Shown: positions 20,514-30,732, counted from the first letter of the stretch. The stretch: DNA of 64,000 bases from an uncultured Nitrososphaerota archaeon (GCA_963772005.1 CAVYVS010000021.1:52121-116120), one strand, 5' to 3'. Notes: generated by a model not told the origin, from the letters alone. A program made the numbers and translations.

Positions 20514-21095
20514 TCAATCACCTTTCGATTCTCCATCCTTGGCATCTTCTCGTGCTGCACCAACCTTCACTAGACTACTTCTTATCACTTTTCCTCTTAG
20601 CGTGAACCCCTTTCTCACTTCTTCAACAATGTGGTTCGCTGTTCCCTTCGGGTCCACATGCTCTACAATCTCATGGAGGTTGGGGTCGAAAGCCTTGCCA
20701 ACAGCTTCGATGGGCTTCATTCCTTCACTGGCAAACAAAGCCTCAAGCTTCTTGACCTCCATTTCAAGTCCTGACACGATTGTTTCCTTGTCTTCGGTTT
20801 CTCTCGCCACCTTCACGGCGATGCACAACTCATCGTAGATTCCGAGCAGATTGACCAGAAGCCCGTCGGCGACAGCCCGGCTCGCTTCGCTTCTCTCCCT
20901 TTCAACGCGCTTTCTATAGTTGTCGAATTCAGCCTGAAGGTATTGTAGTCGCCTTAGGTAGTCGCCAGCTCTGGCATGCTCCATCTCAAGCTGTCTCTTG
21001 AGCCCTTCCTCCACCTCTTGGAGTTTGATGTCTTGCTCCTTCGGACCCGTCGCGGCCCCTACCGGATTAGATTCAGGTTGCTCATTCATTTGCAA
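20514..21095 (-). CDS. grpE: Nucleotide exchange factor GrpE
   Basis: 193 aa with a coiled N-terminus and a GrpE C-terminus (HEIVEHV...GFTLRGKVIRSSLVKV). Operon order is grpE-dnaK-dnaJ. Confidence 0.9.
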   Translation of the reverse strand: MQMNEQPESNPVGAATGPKEQDIKLQEVEEGLKRQLEMEHARAGDYLRRLQYLQAEFDNYRKRVERERSEASRAVADGLLVNLLGIYDELCIAVKVARETEDKETIVSGLEMEVKKLEALFASEGMKPIEAVGKAFDPNLHEIVEHVDPKGTANHIVEEVRKGFTLRGKVIRSSLVKVGAAREDAKDGESKGD

Positions 21096-21293
21096 TCATA
21101 CCCTCACTTCACAATGGCGCAGCGTCTAAATGGGTCAAGGGCCATTTCCTATAAATCTTACGCGGAACAGCTTACCACCCATATCCTCCAATCACGACCT
21201 TTCTGGAAGAATCTCTAGGCGCCTGCGAAATCGCGGGGCGTACTAATCAGAACATCAACGAGAACCGCCGAAAGGGACACTAATGTAAGTCTT

Positions 21294-22088
21294 CTAGGGG
21301 CCGCCAACAAGGAATGCGTCCCTCAAGGTCTTCACCGTGTCCGCCACTTCGGCTTCCTCGTTGGTCAGCTTGAGGAAGACCTCTTCGAGGGTCGCGTTAG
21401 TTCCTCCAGCCATGCCACGTAGCTGCTCCAGTGTTCCCTCTGCTAGAATCCTTCCTTGATAGATGATCCCAATCCTCGTACAGACGCGTTCGGCCACCTC
21501 CATGATGTGCGTCGAGAACAGTATGGCTCCGCCCCCTTGGGTGTGAAATGACAGGAGATCCTTCAAGATACGACTACTCCTGGCGTCGAGTCCGTTCAGC
21601 GGCTCATCAAGTAGCAACAGCTGAGGCCTATGTAGCAGAGACGCGATGACAGCCACTTTTTGCTTGGTGCCCATCGACAATGTAGCTATCGGAGAATCCA
21701 AATGGGAGCCTAGATCGAAGGCAGTAACCAACTGCCCAACGATTCTATTGGTAGGGCCTCCATCCAGCTTCCGCAATGACGCCACGAATTCGAAGAAGTC
21801 TCTTGGGGAGAGAGATTCATACATGGTTGGGTTCTCCGCTACATATCCGATACGCGACTTGGCCTCTATCGGGTTCTGCACAGGATCATAACCTACGACG
21901 CTCACCGTTCCAGAAGTCGGCTCCAATAGGCCGGCCGCAATCTTCATGGTAGTGCTTTTGCCCGCGCCGTTTGGTCCCAACAGACCATACGTTTCGCCGG
22001 GGTGGACCTGTAGGTTCAACCCCTCCAACGCCTTGACGTCGCCAAATTGCTTTGAAAGGTTCACTGCCTTCAGGAGCGGGTCAGACAC
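21294..22088 (-). CDS. ABC transporter ATP-binding protein (no adjacent permease)
   Basis: 264 aa with Walker A GPNGAGKST, signature LSMGTKQK and Walker B LLLLDEP. Confidence 0.85.
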   Translation of the reverse strand: MSDPLLKAVNLSKQFGDVKALEGLNLQVHPGETYGLLGPNGAGKSTTMKIAAGLLEPTSGTVSVVGYDPVQNPIEAKSRIGYVAENPTMYESLSPRDFFEFVASLRKLDGGPTNRIVGQLVTAFDLGSHLDSPIATLSMGTKQKVAVIASLLHRPQLLLLDEPLNGLDARSSRILKDLLSFHTQGGGAILFSTHIMEVAERVCTRIGIIYQGRILAEGTLEQLRGMAGGTNATLEEVFLKLTNEEAEVADTVKTLRDAFLVGGP

Positions 22089-22215
22089 ATGACATCCCTC
22101 TTGAGCTGGCGATTTAACGTTTAGGCCAAGGGCTCAACTCGCCTAGGCTAGGTCCAAGGCCTTGGTCTCTCAAACACACAATCAGTTAAGAATGTCGCTT
22201 CTCGTGTGACTATGT

Positions 22216-22923
22216 ATGAATTCGACTCCCATCATCGAATGGCCCGATCTAGTGGGAGGTAGATTCATTTCAAAGGTGAACAGATTTGCCGCCTACGTCG
22301 ACGTTTCTGGCACGACTTACTATGTGCACGTCCCCAACCCAACGGCAGCACCGGAGCTTCTAAGGCCCGGGGCCCACGTTCTGATGACGAAGCTCTCTCC
22401 TAACCATAAGACCAGGTTTCGTCTGTTAGCGGCCAAGGTCGGCGACCTATGGGCGACCCTTGATACAGCCGTACCAAACGTTGTCTTCAGAGAAGGCATA
22501 AGCCGGGGCTTATTTCCAGAATTCGCTGGTAGGACGGTCCGGAAGGAGGGAGTCCGGCTGGGAAGAAGCATCATCGACTTCCTGCTGTCGGGCGTTCGAC
22601 CCTCTTATGTTGAGATCAAGAGTTGCACTCTAGTAAGAGACGGGACAGCACTATTCCCCGACGCCATCACCGAACGTGGGCTGCGGCATCTCCGAGAACT
22701 TGAACTTGCGGTTGCGAGCGGAGCAGACGCGGCCCTGATGTGGATAATACAGCGTCCGGATGCCCGCAATCTGAGACCCTATAAGGAGCGGGATCCCAAA
22801 TTCTCAGCCGAAGTGACTCGAGCGCATAGAGCAGGGGTCCAATTCCTTGCCTACTGTTGTTCCTTCGACGGCAGCTCGCTCAGGTTGGAAGGGAGTGTGC
22901 CAGTGACCATTGACAGAATCTGA
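22216..22923 (+). CDS. sfsA: SfsA-family protein (sugar fermentation stimulation protein homologue, nuclease fold)
   Basis: 235 aa. GRFISKVNRFAAYV...YYVHVPNPTAAPELLRPGA is typical of SfsA. Confidence 0.8.
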   Translation: MNSTPIIEWPDLVGGRFISKVNRFAAYVDVSGTTYYVHVPNPTAAPELLRPGAHVLMTKLSPNHKTRFRLLAAKVGDLWATLDTAVPNVVFREGISRGLFPEFAGRTVRKEGVRLGRSIIDFLLSGVRPSYVEIKSCTLVRDGTALFPDAITERGLRHLRELELAVASGADAALMWIIQRPDARNLRPYKERDPKFSAEVTRAHRAGVQFLAYCCSFDGSSLRLEGSVPVTIDRI

Positions 22924-23019
22924 CCACAGGGGAATGCATGTCAACCGTCCCGACGAATAGGTTAACAATAATAAACCTCAGGACTATTATAATGTAGACT
23001 CATACAAGCGAAGTGGTAA

Positions 23020-24918
23020 TTGGCTACCGAAAGGGAACAAGCGGTCGTATCATTCTTGCGAGGCGAAGACGAGCCGGCCGTTGGTGAAAATGAAGAATAC
23101 GCCAGGGTCTATTTAGAAGTTCGGGGGCCCGAGAAATGGTTCGTATCGACATCGGCAAGAGGGGTCGAGAGCATTAGGCGCGAACTATACCCGTTCTACA
23201 TGGTGCCTGTGCCCAATCGCGGCGGGTATTGGTTGCTAGATCCAACAAAGGCGATTACTGTATCGGCTTTCGATGAATTTAACCCGACTCTACTGGCGGC
23301 GCAGCTAGGATATCTCATCGACGAAAGAAGGACGAGCTTGGATTTCACGAACGAATCGGGCCAAGCACTATTCGATTACATATCGGGCTCGCTTTTGGAC
23401 TACACCAGACTGCAAGAGGATTATAATAGAGACCTATCCGCAGTGATTAGCAAAGAGTTCCTCACTAAGGATTACTTAGGCTTGGTAGAAGCCGCAAGGC
23501 CACTGGTGGGGAATGGCGCCCTCAGATCGTCACCTTATGGAACAGAAACCTCAGAGAAGATTAACCCGATGTTCACATGGGACGAAGCCTTCAGGCTTTC
23601 AGAGTCCGTCGAGAAGCACATCAGCCTTGTGACTGAGTATCTCCGTAGATGCAACGAATCGATAACGAAGCTCGAGGCGCGAGCATCAGAATTTGGAGAT
23701 CTCGTCGCGCGCGCCAAGGCAGCACTGGCCAAGGAGTTCGAAGACTACAAGTCCCTCAAAGGCAGGGAGGAGGTCGACATCACCGAGAAATGCGAGACTG
23801 ACAGGCTCAACATGGAGAAGAACTACAAACCGCTTTTTGCCAAGGCGGAGAAACAACTTAAGACCGCCAGAGAGGCCAACGAAGCAGCCCAGCTTGAGCT
23901 AATGCCCGTGCAGAGCGTATACGACGAGATGCACGGCGCTGCTGCGAAGCTCCAGGACATGATAACCCAGTCCAAGACGGCTCGCGACGAGGCCGTTCAA
24001 AAGGCGACCGAATTCAGGGCAAAGTACGCTAAACTTCAAGAGGACCAATCCAATCTCCAAGCTCGTTCGACCAAGGGGACTGATTCGAAGTCCGTACCAG
24101 AAGATACCCCTTTGGATGCAGAGATGGCCTACCTTGAGCGGCAAGCCATAACTTATGAAGACAGGCAGAGACAGCTTGAGGAAGAGCTTGAACGATTGTC
24201 CGCCGATCAGACGAAGGGGAATTCCGAGTTGGACAAGTTCGAGAAAACCTATCGCCCGCTCAAGGAGAGTGTGGACGAAACGAGGGCATCGTTGGAGGAA
24301 AGCGGGGAAGACCTGGAGAAACTCAAACGACAGAACGCCGCTGAGATGGATCTTGCGGCGAAGAGTTGTCAAGGCGAGCTAGGCCGAATCAAGTCCGAAA
24401 TAGCAGGGGCCGAGGCCGTGCTCGGGCACAGGACCTCATCCATCGATCAGTCGTTCATAGGCCTTCAGACATCGCTGAACGGCCTCAAAGCGACTATGGC
24501 CTCTGCCGGCAAGTACGCCGATGAAACAATCCGTTCAGGCCTTGAAGCTATTACGCTCTCCGTCGAGGTCATGTCTAGAATGATATACTATCCTCTCTAC
24601 TTGGCCGTGAGATACGGCACGCCTTCACCCGTAGCGGTTGCGGGTCGCACATGGCAGTTGGCCGCCCAGACGATGCCGGACGGGAGTCCGAGCACGGCAA
24701 CATACGCGCAAGCTCCTATCGACTCTTACGTCATGGGGAGGCTACCTTCGTTTCAGTGGAGCAAGGAAGCCGGGGAATTCGACCTGTTCTCTCAGATTGA
24801 GTTCAAAGGCAGACTCATAGCAGGTTTCAAGGAACTGATGAAAAAGGGGCTCATTTCCGAAGGCAAGATGCTGAAGTTGGCCAAAGAGGTGGCCGTAATC
24901 GACTTGAAACTCCCCTAG
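23020..24918 (+). CDS. Hypothetical long coiled-coil protein with globular N- and C-terminal domains
   Basis: 632 aa ORF, TTG start, with ATTATAAT about 30 nt upstream. The central ~270 aa are E/K/A/Q-rich and heptad-like. I recognise no family. Confidence 0.5.
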   Translation: MATEREQAVVSFLRGEDEPAVGENEEYARVYLEVRGPEKWFVSTSARGVESIRRELYPFYMVPVPNRGGYWLLDPTKAITVSAFDEFNPTLLAAQLGYLIDERRTSLDFTNESGQALFDYISGSLLDYTRLQEDYNRDLSAVISKEFLTKDYLGLVEAARPLVGNGALRSSPYGTETSEKINPMFTWDEAFRLSESVEKHISLVTEYLRRCNESITKLEARASEFGDLVARAKAALAKEFEDYKSLKGREEVDITEKCETDRLNMEKNYKPLFAKAEKQLKTAREANEAAQLELMPVQSVYDEMHGAAAKLQDMITQSKTARDEAVQKATEFRAKYAKLQEDQSNLQARSTKGTDSKSVPEDTPLDAEMAYLERQAITYEDRQRQLEEELERLSADQTKGNSELDKFEKTYRPLKESVDETRASLEESGEDLEKLKRQNAAEMDLAAKSCQGELGRIKSEIAGAEAVLGHRTSSIDQSFIGLQTSLNGLKATMASAGKYADETIRSGLEAITLSVEVMSRMIYYPLYLAVRYGTPSPVAVAGRTWQLAAQTMPDGSPSTATYAQAPIDSYVMGRLPSFQWSKEAGEFDLFSQIEFKGRLIAGFKELMKKGLISEGKMLKLAKEVAVIDLKLP

Positions 24919-24945
24919 GGAAACGTTTTACCACATCTTTTCCAC

Positions 24946-25296
24946 ATGAGCGGAATGGAATATGGGGAAAATGTTTTAGCGTCTCCTTTTCAAAGGGTGA
25001 GACTTGTGAGCGAAGAGCAGTTCCGAAATTGGGCCTCCGGCCGTGGGCCCCATGTCCCATTGGCCGTTAAGGGACATACCTTCATGTTCGAGAAGGAGAA
25101 CATCATCAAGGTTGACGGTGGCACCTTCGTTTATGAGGAGGCTCTAGAGCTCGTCAAGATGCTCAATTCGCGTAACCCCTTTGACTCAATAAACGCCAGC
25201 GTGATAATCTGGGAGAGAAACGGGGTCCTCAGGCTTATGGTCCTCGCCTTGGTGGCAATACTAATCGTGGCCGTCATAGCGTTGGCCCGTCGCTAA
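24946..25296 (+). CDS. Hypothetical small tail-anchored membrane protein
   Basis: 116 aa, 27 nt after the coiled-coil gene. It has a single C-terminal hydrophobic helix (LRLMVLALVAILIVAVIALARR). Confidence 0.4.
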   Translation: MSGMEYGENVLASPFQRVRLVSEEQFRNWASGRGPHVPLAVKGHTFMFEKENIIKVDGGTFVYEEALELVKMLNSRNPFDSINASVIIWERNGVLRLMVLALVAILIVAVIALARR

Positions 25297-25305
25297 ATAA
25301 CACCT

Positions 25306-28116
25306 CTAGGGCTCAATCGTCAAGTAGTACAGCTGCGTCACACCTGCGCCAGCAGCTTTGAGGATACCGATGTTGTAGTCTTGGCTGGTGTCATTCCAGA
25401 CGTACACAGTGTTCCCTAGGTTGCCTGGCCCGTAGGTCGAAAGGAAGTTGCTGACCTGGCCTAAGGTCGAATTCAGGCCAAGGAGAGAAAACGGGAGGGT
25501 CCCTTCGTTAATCCATACAGTTGGATTGATCGTAGTCGCGTTGACCAGCGTGTATCCATCGGAGGAGACTAGGGAGGCAACATTCGACAACAGTACATGG
25601 ATGTCGGCCACAGGCTGAGAGGAAGTAGCCCCCACCAGGTTGTAATACGCAAGCCCCGCGTTCGCGCCCAAACTGACATTCCCGCTGGTGGGCGCAATCG
25701 CCGTTATGAAGGGAAGCTGTGTTACAACGCCGCCTCCTCCAGGATTGGTGTAAACGGCCACAAAGTAAGTGAGCGCCCCACCAATCGAATACAGGAGATA
25801 CGATCCAAACCTGTAGTTGGGCAAGAAGGTGAGCTGAGTTCTCACTTGTCCGTTGGTCTGAAGGGCTTGCTCCGCGGCCGTAGGACCGATGAATGTCGTC
25901 GACGGCGACGGATTCAAATACACTTCAATTTGACCCAACCTGGTTCCGCCATAGGCGATGTACATGGCCGCTAGGTTCTCGCTCGCCGAGTTCTGGAAGT
26001 TAACTAACTGCATCCCGACGAAGTAGGTATCGTTCCCAATGGCCCAGGGGAGATACTGTACCGTGGTGTTGGCGGGCCTTTCGTAGAACTGAGTTCCAGA
26101 TCTCCAAACGAATGGATCGTTCACATGGAACTGGAAGTCGTAGTCTAGTTGGCCGGGTCCCGAATCGGGGGAGCCCAGGAGCGCTTCAGGGTACCTGAGC
26201 TGAGGAACCAGCCAAGAGGGCGGCGCTCCCCACGTAGAATAATACTTCTGGTAGAAGGTGGTCAAGAAGTCGCTGCTATTGGTACCAATGAGATTCGACA
26301 CCGTGTAACCCTGCATCGACCCGTCTTCAACGTTGACAAGGACAACTCCGAAGAACCTGAGGTATGGGCTTGCGGCGAAACCAGATTGCATCGGGTAGTC
26401 AATGTAGAGCTGAACCGTATAATACAGGTTCTTTCCGTCGGTGGAAAGGTAAGCGGCAGGATCCTCGACGAGGCCCGGTATCAGCACGCTCTGAACCCTG
26501 CTAAACACGTCTCTGTTGAAGAGCATGTCGATCGACTGGTACTGACTTGAAAACGCAAATCCCAACTGGCCTTCGGCGAAGGTGAACCATAAGGCCTTCT
26601 GCCATCCGGTCAGAGTGTAGTCAGGTTGACCCTGATAAGAAGTGTTTTGGATCTCGTCATAACCGGGGATGTGGACGTATACGTTCTGCATGAACCCGCC
26701 AGGCTCTCCATTGAGTGGTTCCTCACCGTAATAGATAGGGGGCTGCGTCGATATGTTGAAGGCTTGTTGGACCGGCACCTCTTGGCCACTGTATGTATTG
26801 ATCACCATGACTTGGGAAGTGTGGGTGTAGATCAGGTGCTCGCTAATCCAGTCTGTTGAAGGATATAGAGTGGAAGTGGGAGCGACCCAGTACTCCTTGT
26901 TGTTCAAGAAGACTATCTCGGAACTGGCTAGGGTCATCCAGTTGTATGCTCCAATCTCTTTGGTCATGGTGACCGCCGCGGCCTGCTGGTCCCACTGTCG
27001 AACCAGGCTCAGGGTGGTCGTGGCGTTGCTCGTGGGGAGGTTGAGAAGCGAAGCCTGTTGTATGTTGCCAGTCCCTGCAGCCCATCTAGTCACCGATATT
27101 TCCTTCTGAACCTCAGGGTTCCATTCATAGTTCAAGTAGTTGTTATTCCAGTTGGCGGCGAAGAACACCAAGGCGCCGAGCTGTATCACGAGCCCAATGG
27201 CGACGATCACAGCCAAGCCCTTGAAGATGGTCCTTCTGGAGTTCGGGGACTCGAATACCCTCTTGCCGGTGGCCCTCAGGTATCCCCAGCCCAAGGCCGC
27301 TCCTGCTAACATCGTCCACAGCACCCCGTAGATGTAAGGCGTCGACACATTCATCAGCCAGTAGGGCGCGCCAATGATGAAGGATAGGAAGATCGCCGCT
27401 AGGAAGACCAAGAAGTTGCGAAGCCAAACGTCGCTGGTCCTGATTCCCAAATTGGCTAGGAGGCGCAAAAGCATGCGAACCGCGATTATTGTCAGGACAG
27501 CCCAGGCGACGATGTAAACGACCCGATACTGTATTTCCATCGCCGGCATCAACGTAACGAGTTCGGTCCCCGATGCAGGAAACAGTGGAAGCAAGAAGAC
27601 TCGAGGGACGGAAGACCAGTCGCCCAGACCCATCACCATCATCATTATGGGGTTCATCACGTTTCCGATGTACACGAGCCCCCCCGCTAACACGAAGTAG
27701 CCGAAGCCGGCAGACCATTTAACGACTTGCCAGAGGAACCACATCCACTTCCCCGGCTTCGGCAGCCTCATGGGCTCGTAGACTGGCGCCTCTCCTTCGA
27801 ACTCCCTTGGCCGCCGGACCATCAGGGAGCCCCTCAGGAAGGTGCCCACCAGCCTCCAAAGGTCACTGCGGCCCACCTTCGGGTTGATCAGCAGGAGGGA
27901 GAAGAGCGCGGCCGCGATGAACGTATAGTTATGGTAGAAGACAATCTGAAACCAATTGAGCCCGGCCTTCAGCGAATAGACATGCTGAAAGATGGACCAT
28001 TCAAGATACGTCCAAGCGACGAAGAGCGCCACCACTATGGCGATTATGCCGATGATTACCCAGGCAAGAATCGTGCCGCGGTTGAACCTGCCCGTCCCTG
28101 GCATCTCATCTTGCAT
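25306..28116 (-). CDS. UPF0182-like large membrane protein (COG1615-like)
   Basis: 936 aa with an N-terminal ~300 aa block of multiple TM helices. A large Asn/Tyr/Thr-rich extracytoplasmic domain contains LRYPE. The family call is from memory of the overall architecture. Confidence 0.55.
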   Translation of the reverse strand: MQDEMPGTGRFNRGTILAWVIIGIIAIVVALFVAWTYLEWSIFQHVYSLKAGLNWFQIVFYHNYTFIAAALFSLLLINPKVGRSDLWRLVGTFLRGSLMVRRPREFEGEAPVYEPMRLPKPGKWMWFLWQVVKWSAGFGYFVLAGGLVYIGNVMNPIMMMVMGLGDWSSVPRVFLLPLFPASGTELVTLMPAMEIQYRVVYIVAWAVLTIIAVRMLLRLLANLGIRTSDVWLRNFLVFLAAIFLSFIIGAPYWLMNVSTPYIYGVLWTMLAGAALGWGYLRATGKRVFESPNSRRTIFKGLAVIVAIGLVIQLGALVFFAANWNNNYLNYEWNPEVQKEISVTRWAAGTGNIQQASLLNLPTSNATTTLSLVRQWDQQAAAVTMTKEIGAYNWMTLASSEIVFLNNKEYWVAPTSTLYPSTDWISEHLIYTHTSQVMVINTYSGQEVPVQQAFNISTQPPIYYGEEPLNGEPGGFMQNVYVHIPGYDEIQNTSYQGQPDYTLTGWQKALWFTFAEGQLGFAFSSQYQSIDMLFNRDVFSRVQSVLIPGLVEDPAAYLSTDGKNLYYTVQLYIDYPMQSGFAASPYLRFFGVVLVNVEDGSMQGYTVSNLIGTNSSDFLTTFYQKYYSTWGAPPSWLVPQLRYPEALLGSPDSGPGQLDYDFQFHVNDPFVWRSGTQFYERPANTTVQYLPWAIGNDTYFVGMQLVNFQNSASENLAAMYIAYGGTRLGQIEVYLNPSPSTTFIGPTAAEQALQTNGQVRTQLTFLPNYRFGSYLLYSIGGALTYFVAVYTNPGGGGVVTQLPFITAIAPTSGNVSLGANAGLAYYNLVGATSSQPVADIHVLLSNVASLVSSDGYTLVNATTINPTVWINEGTLPFSLLGLNSTLGQVSNFLSTYGPGNLGNTVYVWNDTSQDYNIGILKAAGAGVTQLYYLTIEP

Positions 28117-28271
28117 TGAAATTAGCCGCCACCCGGTCGTATAAATACCTCTCCATATCTATGTCCGATCGCAGGCCATAGGTTCCTTTCGCGACTGGAT
28201 GGAGTTGCCGGCCTGCTGTCGCCTCAAAAAGCTCATCCAAACCCTTTAATGATGACTGGGCAGAATGCCAA

Positions 28272-29495
28272 GTGTTCATGAGATTCGCGCAGAAGGTCGC
28301 CGACATCCCGTCCTCCTCCCACCGCAGAGTCGTAGCCATAGCCGAGAGGAAGAAAAGAGAGGGGAAGATGGTGTACAACTTTTCACAAGGGCAACCAGGC
28401 CTCCCTCCGGACGCGCAGGCGCTGGCGGCCTTCGCCGACACGCTGTTGAAACATCCTTTCGACACCTCAAAGTATTCGGAGACCAAGGGCCTGCTGCGGC
28501 TCAGGGAAGCCCTGAGCGCCGATCTGAAGAAATATGCCTCTGTAGATGTGGCCGCCGATCAATTCGTAGTTACAGATGGTGCAGTCGAAGGGCTCGACCT
28601 CAGCCTGACATGCCTGACAAAGCCCGGGGATAAGGTCCTTCTCCTGGAGCCATGCTACAGCGTGTACTGGGACTTGCTTCAACTCCATGAATTGAAGGCC
28701 GTAACCGTTTCGCAGAAGCTGGATGAGGGATTCCAGCCTAACATTGAGGAGACCAAGGCCGCGCTGGAGGCCGACGTCGCGGCCGTCATCCTTTGCAGCC
28801 CGGACAATCCTACCAGCCGCATCATATCCAAGGAGGCCGTGGACACAATCTTGGACGGGGTCGTCGGCAGGGGAATCCCCTTGATATATGATGAGGCCTA
28901 CAAACACATCCTCTATGAAGGAAGGCACGTGTGGTTACACAATCGTCCCGGCCTTGCCGAGAACCTGATAAGCCTCAACTCTTTTTCGAAGGATCTCGCT
29001 CTTCCTGGCTTCAGGCTCGGCTACATGTTCGGGCCTCAGGATTTCATCGAACAGGCGACCAAGCTGAAAGCGATGACCTCGATATGCAGTCCAACACCAT
29101 CTCAGTATCTCGCGCTGGCCTACTTCGAAGAAGCCAGAAAGGAACCATATCTGAAGGAGGTCCTACCCATCTATCAGAAACGGAGGGATGCGCTATTCCA
29201 AGCCATCGCTTCACACCTTCCTCTTGCAAAGGTAATTAGACCGGACGCCGGGATGTATTTGTTCCCGGACATCTCCGCATATCTCGATCCGCTACTCATC
29301 AACGATGTGGATTTCAGCATGAGATTGGCCGAAGAGGCAGAAGTGATCACGATTCCAGGATCGATATCAGGTCCGAGCGGGCAGGGCCATCTCAGGATGT
29401 GCTTTGTTGGAGAGACCGAGGAAAAGCTCGAGGAAGGAGCCACCAAGCTCTTTGACTACATTTCAAAGCGTGGGTTCGCCAATGCAGGCGCCTAG
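28272..29495 (+). CDS. Class I/II pyridoxal-phosphate aminotransferase (aspartate aminotransferase-like)
   Basis: 407 aa with NFSQGQPGLPP, SPDNPT and the PLP lysine in SFSKDLALPGFRLGY. Confidence 0.85.
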   Translation: MFMRFAQKVADIPSSSHRRVVAIAERKKREGKMVYNFSQGQPGLPPDAQALAAFADTLLKHPFDTSKYSETKGLLRLREALSADLKKYASVDVAADQFVVTDGAVEGLDLSLTCLTKPGDKVLLLEPCYSVYWDLLQLHELKAVTVSQKLDEGFQPNIEETKAALEADVAAVILCSPDNPTSRIISKEAVDTILDGVVGRGIPLIYDEAYKHILYEGRHVWLHNRPGLAENLISLNSFSKDLALPGFRLGYMFGPQDFIEQATKLKAMTSICSPTPSQYLALAYFEEARKEPYLKEVLPIYQKRRDALFQAIASHLPLAKVIRPDAGMYLFPDISAYLDPLLINDVDFSMRLAEEAEVITIPGSISGPSGQGHLRMCFVGETEEKLEEGATKLFDYISKRGFANAGA

Positions 29496-29782
29496 AACGT
29501 CATGGCAGACTAGTGGAATCAATGGCCTTCGTGACGACGGGCTGTTCTGCCCATGCGATTCTGGCACTACATGGCGTCCAAGATAACCCCATAGCGGAAG
29601 CGTTGGGCCACCAGACTCTCTCAGGCTATATCCTCTCGGGAATGTGGATGAAGGTGGATGACAGAGCCCAGCTGTGGAATCCGCTTCGGAGCATCAGATA
29701 GGCCTCCGTAGGCGATGACACCTCCCCGTGGATGTGTAGCTGGACTTAATAGTGAAACCAGATTTGGCGCATTCGACAAGGT

Positions 29783-30259
29783 ATGAAGCTCAGCATCGGG
29801 GACAGCGCACCGAAGCTGGCGCTACCTGACCAAGACAGGAGGGTCAGAGACCTAGGTGAGTTCCAAGGGAAAGGCAACGTCGTCCTTGCCTTCTTCCCAG
29901 GAGCGTTTACTTCTGTCTGCACACACGAGATGTGTACGTTAAGGGACTCGTTGTCGAAACTCTCGTTTGGCAACGCCCAAGTAGTCGGCGTCAGCGTGAA
30001 TGACCCCTGGACTTTGAAGGGATTCGCGAGCGTGAATTCGCTTCCATTTCCTCTTCTTAGCGACTGTTTTCGCGACGCGGTGAAGTCCTATGGGGTAGAG
30101 CTGGCCGACTTCGGGGGACTGAAAGGGTATAACGTGGCCCAAAGGTCGGTCTTCATTCTGGACAAGGCCGGCAAAATCAGGTTCGCCTGGATTGCGGCGC
30201 AGCCCTCCCTCGAGCCGGATTACAAGCTCCTTGAACAAGAGCTGGCTAAGATAAAGTGA
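29783..30259 (+). CDS. Peroxiredoxin (AhpC/TSA-redoxin family, 1-Cys/AhpE-like)
   Basis: 158 aa with FPGAFTSVCTHE. Confidence 0.8.
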   Translation: MKLSIGDSAPKLALPDQDRRVRDLGEFQGKGNVVLAFFPGAFTSVCTHEMCTLRDSLSKLSFGNAQVVGVSVNDPWTLKGFASVNSLPFPLLSDCFRDAVKSYGVELADFGGLKGYNVAQRSVFILDKAGKIRFAWIAAQPSLEPDYKLLEQELAKIK

Positions 30260-30264
30260 CCTAG

Positions 30265-30732
30265 ATGATAGACATCAAGGTCAAGGTCGGGGACAGAGTC
30301 CCTGATGTCGAACTTGAAGCGTGGCCTCAGGGCAGTGCTGTCAAGCTTTCATCCTATCTTGGGCGGTGGGTCGTCCTATACTTCTATCCAAGAGATGATA
30401 CGTCGGGTTGCACAAAGGAAGCCTGCAGTTTTCGCGATTCAATCTCGCCGATAAAGGAACTTGGTGCCGAAGTCGTGGGGGTAAGCACGGACAGCACTAG
30501 CAGCCACGAGCGGTTCGCCGGCAAATACGGGCTCAACTTCACACTTCTCAGCGATCCCAAGGCCACCCTGGGCTCAAGCCTTGGCGTATTCAAGGAAGGA
30601 GGGTCCTCTATGTACAGAGTGACTTTCCTAATCGACCCCCAAGGTCGGATTGCTAGGATCTACCCGAGGGTCGACCCCTCCATTCACTCCGAAGAAGTGC
30701 TCAAGGACCTAAGATCTCTGAAAAGCAACTAG
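30265..30732 (+). CDS. bcp: Peroxiredoxin Bcp/PrxQ type
   Basis: 155 aa. YPRDDTSGCTKEACSFRD carries the CxxxxC arrangement. Confidence 0.85.
   Translation: MIDIKVKVGDRVPDVELEAWPQGSAVKLSSYLGRWVVLYFYPRDDTSGCTKEACSFRDSISPIKELGAEVVGVSTDSTSSHERFAGKYGLNFTLLSDPKATLGSSLGVFKEGGSSMYRVTFLIDPQGRIARIYPRVDPSIHSEEVLKDLRSLKSN

Noticed and set aside
28106-28486. 126-aa minus-strand ORF overlapping the aminotransferase 5' end
   Set aside because: It overlaps a conserved plus-strand aminotransferase N-terminus and the UPF0182 start region. Its composition is not protein-like.
29496-29782. Possible remnant of a HIT-family gene on the minus strand (GSVIHLH in one frame, IHIPER in the next)
   Set aside because: Only about 10 residues resemble the HxHxHxx motif and they require a frame jump. 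The N-terminal two thirds of such a gene would have to overlap the peroxiredoxin gene. This is too weak to call.
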